A stretch of 64,000 bases of DNA, taken from NCBI GenBank assembly GCA_004431415.1, contig QPMI01000245.1, forward strand, positions 43,886 to 107,885, written 5' to 3'. The position numbers were made by a program, and so were the translations under genes. The notes beneath the pieces are model-generated. The model was not told the origin of the DNA and searched no databases. It worked only from the letters and a program-made list of their open reading frames with translations. Below, piece after piece: positions 1-10,700 of this stretch. This DNA comes from Cyanophora paradoxa CCMP329 (Eukaryota; Plantae; Glaucophyta). Position 1 is the stretch's first letter, and each line of letters opens with the position of its first letter.

Positions 1-986
1 ATAGGGGGTGGGGCATCGGGCCGGGCCGAAAGCGAGGCTGTGACCACACTCTGGGGTGGGGCCTCGGCGTCGGCGACCGGTGCGGCCTTGCGGACCGTAA
101 CGTCGCCGCGCATGGCGCGGACTGCATCGAGCAAGTCGCGCTCCGCTTTTTCGGAGAGACCGGGGAAGGTCGAGCGCAGGGTGGCGTCGCTGGGGACGGC
201 CACTGCCTCGACTGCGGCGACGAACTCGTCGACCGAAGGGCCTGTGATCGGGGCCGGCGTTGGGGACTCGCTTCGTGACGACGTGCTCATAGCATCGTCG
301 TCGAAGCTGATGATGCTCATAGCATCAAGGTCCTGCAACGGCCGGTCGGCTGTGTCGAAGGGCAGCTCGCCAAACGTGACGACTATATCGTCGACGTCGT
401 AGGGCGGTGCGCGGGGTGGGTCGGCGGGCTCCGCAGGCGCTGCGCTAGATAGTGCGCGCTGCTTTTCCGCCTCATCTACGACAGAACGTAGGGTGGAGAT
501 TATTTTCTCAACGTCTTTGGCGGGCTCATATGCCGCGCCAAGCATGCGTGCTTTTCTATTAAAGTGGCGGAGTCCAGTGCGGCGTTTGGCAGGCACGATT
601 CGCAGCCGGCGAATCAAGAGGTCTGTCAATGCACTCGCACTACAAGGCATTTGCTCAGGTTCGTACTCAAAATCACCAGGCGGTAGGGCGACCGCCGAAG
701 CGACCGCTACTACCGATCCTAGCGGCAGGGTTACCGGCTGCCGGCCAGGATTGCACAACCGCACGTGAAACATTTTGTCTCCCGGGTGATTATGCAGCTG
801 GTAAGGGCAGAGTACGCCCAAGGCTTGCGGGGACTCCGGCGACGGCTCGACGTAGAGGTGCGGCAACTCACGCGTTGCCGGGCCCTGCCCATTGAGCGTG
901 CATGGGACGAGGGCCTCTCCGACGGGGAGCTTTACTGGTCCCAGGACTCGGACCAGGATCCCAAGCTGGTCCGGAGCCGAAAAGGG
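1..986 (-). CDS. pol-like frame (N-terminal part), entered by -1 frameshift; includes a dUTPase-like segment; open to the window edge
   Basis: Manual translation of a frame absent from the ORF track: PFSAPDQLGILVRVLGPVKLPVGEALVPC...MFHVRLCNPGRQPVTLPLGSVVAVA...; no stop from 986 to base 1. Confidence 0.65.
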
Positions 987-3384
987 ACGACGACTTCGCG
1001 GTGCAGGTGGTCACGGGCCCGGAGGCACCACCCGGACAGCGTCGTGTCGATCTGGCCATGGACGGCCTGGATCGCGTCCAGGCCGAGCAGAATATCCGGC
1101 TCAACGCCCATGGCGCCGCGCGGGACGACGAAGACGCGGCGGCAGAAGCGGAGCGAGCCCAGGACGAAGACTACGTCGGCTCGGCGACAACGAATTTTGT
1201 CCCGGTCCATGAAACCGCGGACTATCGTGTGGCCCTCGACGTAATTGACTTCGTCGGGCGGCAGGCGGTCGAGGACTTCCTGGGGAACTACAGTTCCCTG
1301 GGCGCCCGTGTCGACAACAATGCGAGCGGGCCGTTCGGCGCCGGAGCGGCCGTTCGGCAGGCGCATAGCAATGCTGCCGTGGATGTGCAGTGTCTTTGGC
1401 CGGAAGAATTCCAGGGCCCGGTCGCGCGGGAAGCTAGGTCGGGCGCGGCGGACGTGGAATTCTGGTTCCGGCGGCGCGGGTGGACCCGACAGGTCCGGCG
1501 CGCTCGCGGGTGGGGATGGGGGCCGGGACTGGCGAGCCGCGGCTCGCTCGGCGACTCGGCGCTGCTCAGCCTGGTCGGCCAACGGCGAGGGCTTGGTCCG
1601 CTTGCGCGGGCCCGGGCCGTGGCGGTTGGCGTAGAGCAACTCGTCGCTGGGCGGGTCATAGCCGGCGCGCGTTCCCAGCGGCGTCTCCTCTGCCGGGCGG
1701 GGCACGGCGAGGGACGGGCGGTTTTTGGAGCCCAGGGCGTGGCCCGCGGGCATGAGAGCTTCCTCGTCGGAGGTCAGGCCCTCGGGGTAAATGATCGCGG
1801 CGGCCTCGAGTGCGTTCTGCGGGGCGAACGCCGCTGTCGGCGCTGAACCCGAGAACCACGCGCGAGTTGGCCGTGGCGGGGCCTTATAGCCCGTTTTGCG
1901 CATCGAGATGCCGTAGCGGTCCATGATCGCCTGATGCACCGCGCGTAAGGCGGGCTCCAGGGTTTTTGGATCGACTTGCAGCATTTGCGCGGGGTTCGAC
2001 AGCCAGTTGAAGACCAGCACGGTCGAGCGCGGCCCGAGTTTGTGCAGCAGGCGGCGGGCCCAGGCCGGCGCGGGCTCGCGGCTCTTTGGTGGGGCCGGAG
2101 CGGGCGGCGCGGCTGGCGCCGACGGCGCGACCGTCTGAGCAGGCGGCTCGTGGGCAACCGTCTGGACGCGGCGGATCGAGATGTACTTCTCGTCCGCCGG
2201 CACCGGCACGGCGGCACGGACCGACGCCGGCGTATGCAAGCGGGCGGGGAGGTCGCGGGGCTCGCGGGCTTCTTGCCCACGGTGCGCCGGCGCCTCTGCG
2301 ACAGTGTATACCGCGAAGAAGGGCTTCGGGTGGGCCTTTGCTTCAGCCTGCATCGCCACGCGAGCCTCGTGCTGGCGCTCGCGCTCAAGCAGGGCGCGCC
2401 AGTCTTTGGTGCGATCGAGCGTGGCCTGCAGGGCTTCGAGGTCGGCACGGGGCCCGTCTGGAAGGAGCGAGATCATCATGCCCGTCTCTCCCGGGGAGAG
2501 GCTGATCTGCATATCGATGCCGGCCCGGAGGGCGCGGCAGACGTCTTCCAGGGCTCGCCGAGCAGCCTGCTTTGCCTGGGCGAAGGCTTCGTCTGAGACC
2601 TTCGGGGCGCCACCGGGCTTGGCGCGCGTCTCGGCGTGGCTAGCGGCGGTACGGATTTGGCGCTCGACTGTTTGAAGCCAAAGCCCCAATTCCGTGACCC
2701 CTTGGCTCCGGACCCTTACGTCGCGGCAGCTCGAGCACTCGCGCACAAACTGCAGGAGGCCCACTGCTGGGACGTCGGCCTGGGGGTTGAAAGTCGTGGC
2801 GGCGGAGGCGCGCGGCGCGGCCACTGAGGCGCGCGGCTGCTCCGGCGTCGACTGGTCTGCGCGCGGCGGCTCGGCCTGGCTCGCACGCGATGACCGCTCC
2901 TGGGCCTGAGAGATGGAGGCGCGACCCTCCGCAGGCTTGGACGGCGCCGCCGACTGCGGACCGGCCTCGCTCTGCCCCTCAGGCCCCTCTAGAAAGGGCC
3001 GCGGGCGCTCGTCGCGTCCGCCCGTCGGCGGCTGCCCGCCCGATGGCGGCGCGGCGGTGCGGGCCGAGGACGACGCGGACTGAGCGTCCATCTGGTTCTG
3101 GAGCTTGATCAGGACCAGCGCGGTGGCCTGCTCAGCTCGCGCGGGCGCCGAGAGCGAGTCTGGCATCTCAGCGTACTGCGCCTTCCAGACCATGTCGAAG
3201 AGCTCGCGCAATGTGGGCGAGCAGCCTCGCAGGCGGGCGTCGTTCTCGTGCCGCTTGTACGCAGCGTCTACGGCACCGCGCGGCGGTCCGGCGGGCGGCG
3301 AGAGGACTGGCTGCTGCGAGGGCTGCGGCGGTCTCGCGGCGAGGCGCGGTCGCGCGAGCCCTTCTTCGAGCTCTTGCGCCGCTT
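932..3384 (-). CDS. Retroelement ORF4 with C-terminal retroviral-type aspartic protease
   Basis: ORF 932..3211; the frame stays open up to about 3384 with no ATG in that extension. ARIVVDTGAQGTVVPQEVL...PDILLGLDAI, with catalytic DTG at 1304-1312. Confidence 0.8.
949..986 (-). promoter_or_regulatory. -1 programmed ribosomal frameshift signal
   Basis: C CCU UUU heptamer (980-986), correctly phased in the protease frame. A 6-nt spacer is followed by an 8-bp stem CGGACCAG/CTGGTCCG (966-973 with 949-956). Confidence 0.7.
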
Positions 3385-4332
3385 ATCGTCATGGCGGGGG
3401 CTCCGGCTCGGGCTCCGATCGCGCGAGCGTGAGCGGGAGCTAGAGCGGGACGGTGTTCGGCTCCGGCGGCGTTCCCGCGAGCCTCGGCGAGGACTCCGCC
3501 TGTCGCGGGTGTCGCGAGCCGTGGACCGTCGGCTCGGCGGGCTGCGGTCGCGGCGCGGCGGCGAGCGATCACGGCGGTCCGGGGAGCGGCGGCGGGAGGC
3601 CTCGCGGTCCGGCGGTCTGGCGAAGGGCGTCGGGAGCCCTCGCGATCGCGGCGTTCCATCGAACGCGGGACGGCGGCGGCGCCGGACGGCCGGCGGGGCT
3701 CCGGGGAGCGCTCGCGGCGCGTGGAGGGGCCCGCGTCTCGCGCCTGTCTGGGTGCGAGAGCGGCGACTGGACGGGCTCGGCGCGGCTCGGGTGAGCGGCG
3801 CTGAGACGAGGCCGATCAGGGGTCCGGCGGGCTTGCGACGCGCGGCTGGCCGTCTCGTCCCGGCGGCTCGAGCTTGCCTCGGCCTGGCGGCTCGAGCTGG
3901 CGGCGGCATCAGGGTCCGAGAGGAAGTCTCAGCCGGCGGGGCTTGGTCTTGCGGGGCGCCCTCGGCGATCCGCTCGACCTTCACCTTCCCGTCCGAGATG
4001 GTGACGCGCATAGTCTTGGGGTCGTACCCCTGCTGCCGCGCGAGGAACGTATCCAGCCCGAACGGGTCGTCCGGGTCGGCCGGGGTTTGTGCGGGCTGCG
4101 CCTGGCCACCGCCGCGGTCGCCGCCACGGTCACGGTGGCCTCGGCCGTCGCGACCGCGGTGCCGGCCGCCCTCTGGTGACCCTGACCGCGGCCGCCGCGG
4201 CCGACGGCCTGGCCTGCGTTGCGCCGGGCTGCGCCTGCTGCGGCGCCGCCGGCGGCGCGGCGGTCTGCGCGGCGGCCTGCGCCGGCGCGGGCGCCGACGT
4301 GGTGGCGGAGGGCGCCGCCTCGGCGGGGTCAT
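3268..4332 (-). CDS. Retroelement ORF3, Arg/Ser- and Arg/Gly-rich protein
   Basis: 354-aa ORF overlapping ORF2 and ORF4; has a short ordered core (DPFGLDTFLARQQGYDPKTMRVTISDGKVKVERI) and RSRSRSRDRSPSRSP runs. Confidence 0.55.
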   Translation of the reverse strand: MTPPRRRPPPPRRRPRRRRPPRRPPRRRRRRSRRSPAQRRPGRRPRRPRSGSPEGGRHRGRDGRGHRDRGGDRGGGQAQPAQTPADPDDPFGLDTFLARQQGYDPKTMRVTISDGKVKVERIAEGAPQDQAPPAETSSRTLMPPPARAARPRQARAAGTRRPAARRKPAGPLIGLVSAPLTRAAPSPSSRRSRTQTGARRGPLHAPRALPGAPPAVRRRRRPAFDGTPRSRGLPTPFARPPDREASRRRSPDRRDRSPPRRDRSPPSRRSTARDTRDRRSPRRGSRERRRSRTPSRSSSRSRSRDRSPSRSPRHDDKRRKSSKKGSRDRASPRDRRSPRSSQSSRRPPDRRAVP

Positions 4333-7300
4333 CCGAGAGCCCGCCGACGATGGTGGAGGGCGGCTGGAACCGCACGCCCGCCCACGTCGCGCGAACCGCC
4401 CCCTCGTAGATCGGCTGGTACGGCGTGCGAACCAGGAGGCTTTCGGCTTCCTTATCGGCGACGGCCGTCGCGGTCAGACTGCGCCGGGCTGAGGGCGCGG
4501 CGCCCTTGTTCTGGACCGCGTCCCACATCATCGCCGGGCGCAGCGCCTCAACGTCCCAGTCGGGAAGTTCAGGATCGTCCGTCTCCCAGTCGATCGGACG
4601 CGCGAGGCGGATCGCGACGTTCAGATCAGCGTAGAGCGAACGGAGCATAGTCTCGAACTGAGGCCGCAGGGGAATAGCCTCATCGGTAAAGATGAGCCCC
4701 AGCGGAAAGTTCCCGGGACAGTTTTCTAGCTCCTCGGCGGCGCGGGCGGCCTCAAGGTGGCGCTGTATCCCACTCTTGCCCCCGGCGCCAAGGTCATCGC
4801 CAGAGGGCCACGCGTCCTCGGCGCCGGCCATCGGGGGCGAGCCGAGCTCAAGGCGCTGGTACCCAAGGCCGTGCGGCATGTTCGCGAGGTACGCGCGGAT
4901 GCCGTCCGCCAGCGCGCGGGCCTCGGACTCGGCGCACTCATCCCTCGTCATAGTGCGCAGGAGGGCCCTGAAGACCTCGGCCACGTTCTGGGGCATGGCG
5001 GCGTTCAGGGGCGCGCAGTTGTCCGCGCGCTGCGCGAGCAGCGGGATGCGGGGATACTGGAAGCCCTGGAGCATTGCGAGCAGGATCCGCCCACAGATCG
5101 CTGCGCGACCCTCGTGGTCCGGCACGACCGCATTGTTCGGGCCGAACTTCCACGCGAGCGTGGGGTGGCCGTCCGGATACGTCGGCCTCGCATCCGCGTC
5201 GAAGACCTTCTTGCCCTGAGGCAAGACGTCCGACCCGCGGTCCGGCTTGGCCGTCGGCTTAGTCAGGAAGGCCTCGTGAATGAACACCATCAGACCGTCC
5301 GGCACCACACAGCGGAACGAGTTCAACACCTTGTTGAAGTCATCCATGTGTTCGGCGACCGCCTGAGCGATCTCAGGGACGTAGTCAGCCGGGCGTTCCG
5401 ACTCGACGTCCATGGCCGCAGCCGACAGAAAGTCGTCAGCCCAGTGCTGGCTGCGGAGGTGCTTGCCCGGCGCGTGGCGCTGGAAGAAGCGCGCGTGCCA
5501 GGCCAGCGTGAAACCGATGGCCGTCGCAAGGACTTCCTCTTCCGCCGGGATCGGCGCCCAAGGGCACGTCTCCGGAGGTGAGTTCGGGAAAGGCGGCAGC
5601 TCGTAACCGAACGCGGTGACGAGCCGCGGGTTCGCGTGACTCTTCTTGGGCTGGCTAGCCAGCTGGGCGACTGTCACCGCGAGCCACAGCTTCTTGTTTT
5701 CGCGCTGGCGCGGCGCGCCCTCTGCGACATCCTTGTCGCAGGCGGCGTTCGGCGCAGGCGTGGCCGTGCCGGTCACGAGACGAGGCGCGTAGATACGCCG
5801 CGTCTTCAGGCGACCCTCAACGTTCTCGACGCGCTTGTCAGCGAGCGGGCGCAGCAGGGCCAGCACGGCGACGTCGCGCGCGAAGCGGGTCGAGAATGGC
5901 GTCCTGGCGTCCTCCTCGTTCGGGTCGGCAATGTTACCGCCCAAGACTGAGGTGTGCAGGGTGGGGCGCTCGGGGTGCGGCATGTACGGCGGCGGGGCGT
6001 TCCGCGCGCCGCCACCTTCGTGGAAGAAGGCGGTATACAGCACCCGCGAGACCTGGCCTAGGGTCGAACACACGGGCACGTGGGCAGTGCCCTCGTGCGT
6101 GAGATCCCAGGCGCCCGCATACGTCGGGACGGCAGACTGTGCGGTACGGGTCCCGACCGCGAGGTACTGCACGATGTCCAAGCTGACGCCGCAGGCAGCG
6201 TGCGGGAACGCAAGCCCCTGCAGGTCGAAGAGTTCCGGGTCCTCGTCGAACGGCCGCTGAGGCGGGCCTACGAGCGAGAACCAGTTCACTATGCCGCGCG
6301 CGGCGGGGCCGACGCGCTTAAGCATAGTCGAGCACAGCTCGCCCATGTGCTGGTCCTGCAGCGCGAGCACGTCGATGTTGTACTCGTCAACGTTGCCGGC
6401 GTGCTGCCAGCGCAGGGGGTAGCTGATCGCGGGCAGCGTCGCCCACTCAGTGAACCCTGGCTCATAGCATTCCAGGGGCCGGAAAAACGCGTGTTTCCGG
6501 TCCATATACTCGCGCAAGAGCTTGTAATCGTTGGCGTACGTCGGGTCCGCCAACGAGAACAACGGCCGCGGCTGCCAGTCCTTGTGCGGCTCGAACGGCA
6601 CGTGGGCCGCCGCGGGGATGGCAGCCGGCGCTTCTTCCTCCTCGCCCTCTTCCTCTTCACTCTCGACATGATCAATGTCGAGAGGATCGAGGCGGGGCTC
6701 GGGCTCTGTGTCAGCGCCGTGGCTGCTCACGAGCGCGTCGTCGAACGTGAAAGACTGCTTCGCGGCGTGACGCTCGAGGGCGTGCAAAACCCTCTCCTGG
6801 AAGGCCGCGCGCTGGGCGGTCAGGGCCAAGCCCCGGTGCGGGTCGCTCTCGGCGGCTTCCTCCTGCGCACGCGTCCCTAGCCGCAGGTGGCGGCGTAGCC
6901 AGCGGACCCCGTGCGGGAACTCTAGGCCAGCGCGGTCTGCGGATGGGACAGTTGCCCCGGCCGCCTCGGCACGGAACATGGTATGAGCACGCAGGAGATG
7001 CTGCGCCCACGCCGGCGGAATGACGGCCGAGTTCGGGTTGAAGCGGCCCCCGTGAGTCCACCGCGGGAGGCGCGTGGTGGGGATCGCCCAACGCATAGTC
7101 AGGAAATGCTCCAACTGCTGCTCCGTCCACTCATGCAAGTGGAACGGAAGGTCGTTGGAGTGGGGCGTGACCGGGGCACGGAGGCCCAGCGCGATCATGA
7201 AGAGCTCAAACGCGGCCGCGTTCAGCCGCGCGAGGCGGATAGTGCGCTCGGCCCTAAGTGCAACGCGTCCCGCCGGCGGCACCTCGTGCGGCACCGGCGG

Positions 7301-7759
7301 GCCGTCGAGGCGGCTCTGAATGGGCGTGCCCTTCTCGCCCGTGAGGAACGCCTTGAGGTGCGGGACCCGCAGATCAGCAAGGGTGCCCTTCAGCGCCTCA
7401 TAGGGGATGTTCCAGCGGCGGGCAAGTTCCGCCCGGGCCGTCATCGGCCAGTCGGCAACTTGCCTCCCCTCGCAGAGCTGCGGAGGGCAATGCGGCACCG
7501 CGAGGAGGCCGTCTTCCTCCTCACCCTGCCCCCGGCGGGCGCTGCGGGTTCGAGGCCCCTGCGAGCCACGCCCGCGGGTGCTGACGCGCACGACCCCGTC
7601 CCCGCGGCCACGCTCGCCGCGACGGGCGGTCTGCCGGGGGCCGGTGCCGTCGCGCGCGCGAGATCGAGCGGCGGCTCGCTCAGGCGGGCTCCACAGGCGC
7701 GGGTGCAGGGGCAGGCGGCGTCGGCGCGGCGGCGGGGCGCGGCGCCAGTGGGCTCGCAA
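4130..7759 (-). CDS. Retroelement ORF2, about 1200 aa, unknown function
   Basis: Long intronless ORF with globular-protein composition; first ATG at 7443; no motif recognised. Confidence 0.7.
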   Translation of the reverse strand: MRAHWRRAPPPRRRRLPLHPRLWSPPERAAARSRARDGTGPRQTARRGERGRGDGVVRVSTRGRGSQGPRTRSARRGQGEEEDGLLAVPHCPPQLCEGRQVADWPMTARAELARRWNIPYEALKGTLADLRVPHLKAFLTGEKGTPIQSRLDGPPVPHEVPPAGRVALRAERTIRLARLNAAAFELFMIALGLRAPVTPHSNDLPFHLHEWTEQQLEHFLTMRWAIPTTRLPRWTHGGRFNPNSAVIPPAWAQHLLRAHTMFRAEAAGATVPSADRAGLEFPHGVRWLRRHLRLGTRAQEEAAESDPHRGLALTAQRAAFQERVLHALERHAAKQSFTFDDALVSSHGADTEPEPRLDPLDIDHVESEEEEGEEEEAPAAIPAAAHVPFEPHKDWQPRPLFSLADPTYANDYKLLREYMDRKHAFFRPLECYEPGFTEWATLPAISYPLRWQHAGNVDEYNIDVLALQDQHMGELCSTMLKRVGPAARGIVNWFSLVGPPQRPFDEDPELFDLQGLAFPHAACGVSLDIVQYLAVGTRTAQSAVPTYAGAWDLTHEGTAHVPVCSTLGQVSRVLYTAFFHEGGGARNAPPPYMPHPERPTLHTSVLGGNIADPNEEDARTPFSTRFARDVAVLALLRPLADKRVENVEGRLKTRRIYAPRLVTGTATPAPNAACDKDVAEGAPRQRENKKLWLAVTVAQLASQPKKSHANPRLVTAFGYELPPFPNSPPETCPWAPIPAEEEVLATAIGFTLAWHARFFQRHAPGKHLRSQHWADDFLSAAAMDVESERPADYVPEIAQAVAEHMDDFNKVLNSFRCVVPDGLMVFIHEAFLTKPTAKPDRGSDVLPQGKKVFDADARPTYPDGHPTLAWKFGPNNAVVPDHEGRAAICGRILLAMLQGFQYPRIPLLAQRADNCAPLNAAMPQNVAEVFRALLRTMTRDECAESEARALADGIRAYLANMPHGLGYQRLELGSPPMAGAEDAWPSGDDLGAGGKSGIQRHLEAARAAEELENCPGNFPLGLIFTDEAIPLRPQFETMLRSLYADLNVAIRLARPIDWETDDPELPDWDVEALRPAMMWDAVQNKGAAPSARRSLTATAVADKEAESLLVRTPYQPIYEGAVRATWAGVRFQPPSTIVGGLSDDPAEAAPSATTSAPAPAQAAAQTAAPPAAPQQAQPGATQARPSAAAAAVRVTRGRPAPRSRRPRPP

Positions 7760-10700
7760 GCGGCGGCCATGTCACCGCGGCATGCAAGGTCACGAGCTTC
7801 GCCGTCGGTGCAGGCGGCGGGACAGGAGCGGGCGCTGGCCGGGCGGACCGCATCGGCGCTGGCGTGTCCCTTGGCGAGGGCACTTTCACGGGCGGGCGCG
7901 GCGGCGGGCAGGCCTTAGCCTCCCTGATCGTCGCGCTGACGGCCTTCGCCGTGTAGGCGCCCGTCGTGTCCGACGCCGGCTTCGGCGTGGTGGGCAGGTC
8001 GTGGAGCGGAGTGGGGGTGCGGCTGCCCGCGTCCGTGCGCCACTTCTCCACGAGCGCAATCATGTCCTTGACCGCCTCGTCATTGAAACCGGCCTGCTTC
8101 TTCAGCAGCCGCCGGAATAAAATGACGAGGTGGGCCCGGTCGCCTGCCTGGGCCCCCTCGATGTACCGGAGCAGCTCCGCGGCCCCGGCGGAGCCGGGGA
8201 CCGTGCGGGCCCAGGCTGCATCGCACAGGGCGGTGAGTGGCGGGCTCGGGCCGAGCTGGCTCAGCACGTAGAGCTCCTCTGGCACGATCGTGGGCAGCTG
8301 CCCGCCTCGCGTCGTGCCGTGCAGGGGCAGCTGCGTGGAGCGCGTGATCGGGCGCACGCGGCCGACCCTCCACGTGCTAGGCTCCGTCCCCTGCAGGTGC
8401 GGCCCATGCAGCCAGGCATTGCACAAGGGCAGGTCCCGGAGGTGCAGCACGCGGGCGGCGGCGACGCGGGGGTCCACCGGAACGCGCTCCACCGCGCAGG
8501 GCTCGCCCTCGTGCACGAACGGAAAGGCGGGGGCACGGCCGTCGCGGTACGCAGTCAGGCGCTCCGCGAGCGCTGCCCTCAGCCACCCCTCGGTGTCCCG
8601 ATCCGAGCGGAGCCGCGCCCGCCCCGGGATCGGAATCTCGACGGAGAGAGCGAGGACGGCGAGCGAGTGTACAGCCGCCGTGAACTCCGAGTCCGAGGGG
8701 ACGAGAAGGTCCCCGTCGGCCGGGGCGACGGCGCTCTTGTGGGCGTCGTGGGGACCGGCGCGGCCGCCAATGCAAGCCACGGCCCTCCACTGGATCGCGT
8801 GCTCGAGGGCTAGCAGGGCGAAGCCGTAGGCGTCGACCCGCGAGTCCACCATGAGCGGCTCGGCGAACTTAAAGAAGCGGCCGAGGATCTTCTCGACGGC
8901 GCCGGCGGTGCCCGGGGCACCGTAGTCGACGCGGTGCAGGTAATAGCCCGCAACGGTCGCGGCGCACGCGAGGCGGAGGCGGTCCTGAGCCGGCAGCAGC
9001 TCGCTCAGCTCGACCAGCTGGCGGCGGCCCGACACCGTCATCTCGTGCGGCTCGAGAGAGGCCGCCGCGGGTGAGTGCTGGCCTATGCTCCAGTGGCGGC
9101 GGTACGGATCCAGCCAGCCGGCGGTGGCCACGCACTCGTCCCCAAGCTTCGCGAGCTTGTGAACGTCGGGCTCGACGGCAGGGCGGCCCTCGGACGTGAG
9201 GCCCTCGGCGTGCGGCCACGCGTGGCCCCCGGACCACTTCGCGGCGACGCGAGAGGCCTGGTGCGTGAGGCTCATGATCTCATAATAGTGCGTCGGCCAG
9301 GCGTGGGCCAGCGTGTCCTGGGACAGCGGGTCATGCCCCAGCATCTGCAGGAACGCAGTGGGGAGGGCCCGCGAGTCGAGGTACGTGCTCTCGGTGGCGA
9401 GCGGCTGAGAGAACGCCGCAAGCAAGAAGGAGAGCGTCTGGCGGGTGCGGGCCGGGCAGCGGAACGCAGTGGCATACCACTGCTCGTCCCGGACCTCGAT
9501 CAGCCCCTCGCTCACAGTGCAGCCGCAGTGAGTCTCGCACGGCGCTGGGTACAGGAACGCCGCGCGGTCGAGCGGGACCGACGCGGCGCCCTTCAGCTTG
9601 TGCGCGTCCACGTTCCAGAGAGGAACGGGCCCCAGCTCGTGCTCGCGGCCCTTCTCCGGGCCGAGCTCGACAGCTCCAAAGTGAGTGAGGTCGAGGCCGG
9701 AGCTAGCGGCGAGGAGGCGAGCGCGGTTGAGGCGCAGGGTCTCCTTGGCCGCTACGGCCATGTCCTCGTCAGCTAGCGAGGCACCATCGTCGGTCACCTC
9801 GAGGCTCGCCACGGTCTCGGCCCCCGAAGAGTACTCCAGGCAGCAGCCCACGCCGGCGGCAGGGTCCGCCGGAGCCTCAGCGGCGGTGGCCTCGGGGACC
9901 GACTCGGCGGGAGCGAGCTCCGTCGCAGGCTCGGGACCCTTCGCTTCTGCGTCAGCGCCCTCGACCTCCGTTGGGTCCGGGGCGGCCGCCAAGAGGAGTG
10001 CGACCTCCTCAAGGGCGGCGTCCACGATGCCGGCGGCGAGCTCGGCGGGGCTAGAAGTCGGCGCGGGCGTCGGCGCGGGACCCTTCGCTTCTGCGTCAGC
10101 GCCCTCGACCTCCGTTGGGTCCGGGGCGGCCGCCAAGAGGAGTGCGATTTCCTCAAGGGCGGCGTCCACTGCGTCGAACGCGACCTTCTTCTCCCCCTCG
10201 TCCAGACCCGACTCCGGGCGGGTCGGCAATAGATCCTGCGCCGCGCGCGGGGCCGGCTCCTCGAGCTCGGGGCCCGGGGGGCACAGGTCGGGGCGGTTCT
10301 CCGCCGTCAGCTGCGCCACCGCGACCGTGAAGGCGGTGGCTGCGGCGGCGACCGTGTCGAGCGCGGGTCCCTCCTGGGGGTTCTTCAGCGCGGCGGCGTT
10401 TGCCACGGCGGCCGCGATGAAGACCCGCAGGGTGTCCTCCAGGGTCGCCTCGTCGCTGCGCACGATGCGCACACGGTACACGTGCTTCGCACTCCGGAGC
10501 TCGGCCGGGGAGGGCGCAGCGACGGGGCCAGACCCCGTGTGGGCTAGCGGTGCCCCCAGGAGGGCGCCCGACGCTGCAGGTGCAGCGCGGACGACCTGCT
10601 CAAGGAGGGCGCGCGCGATCTGAATCGTCGCGGGGTCGTTGGCGCCGGCCTGCCCCCCCGTCTGCTCGGCGAGGGCGCGGCGAACGGAGGCCTGGATCTG

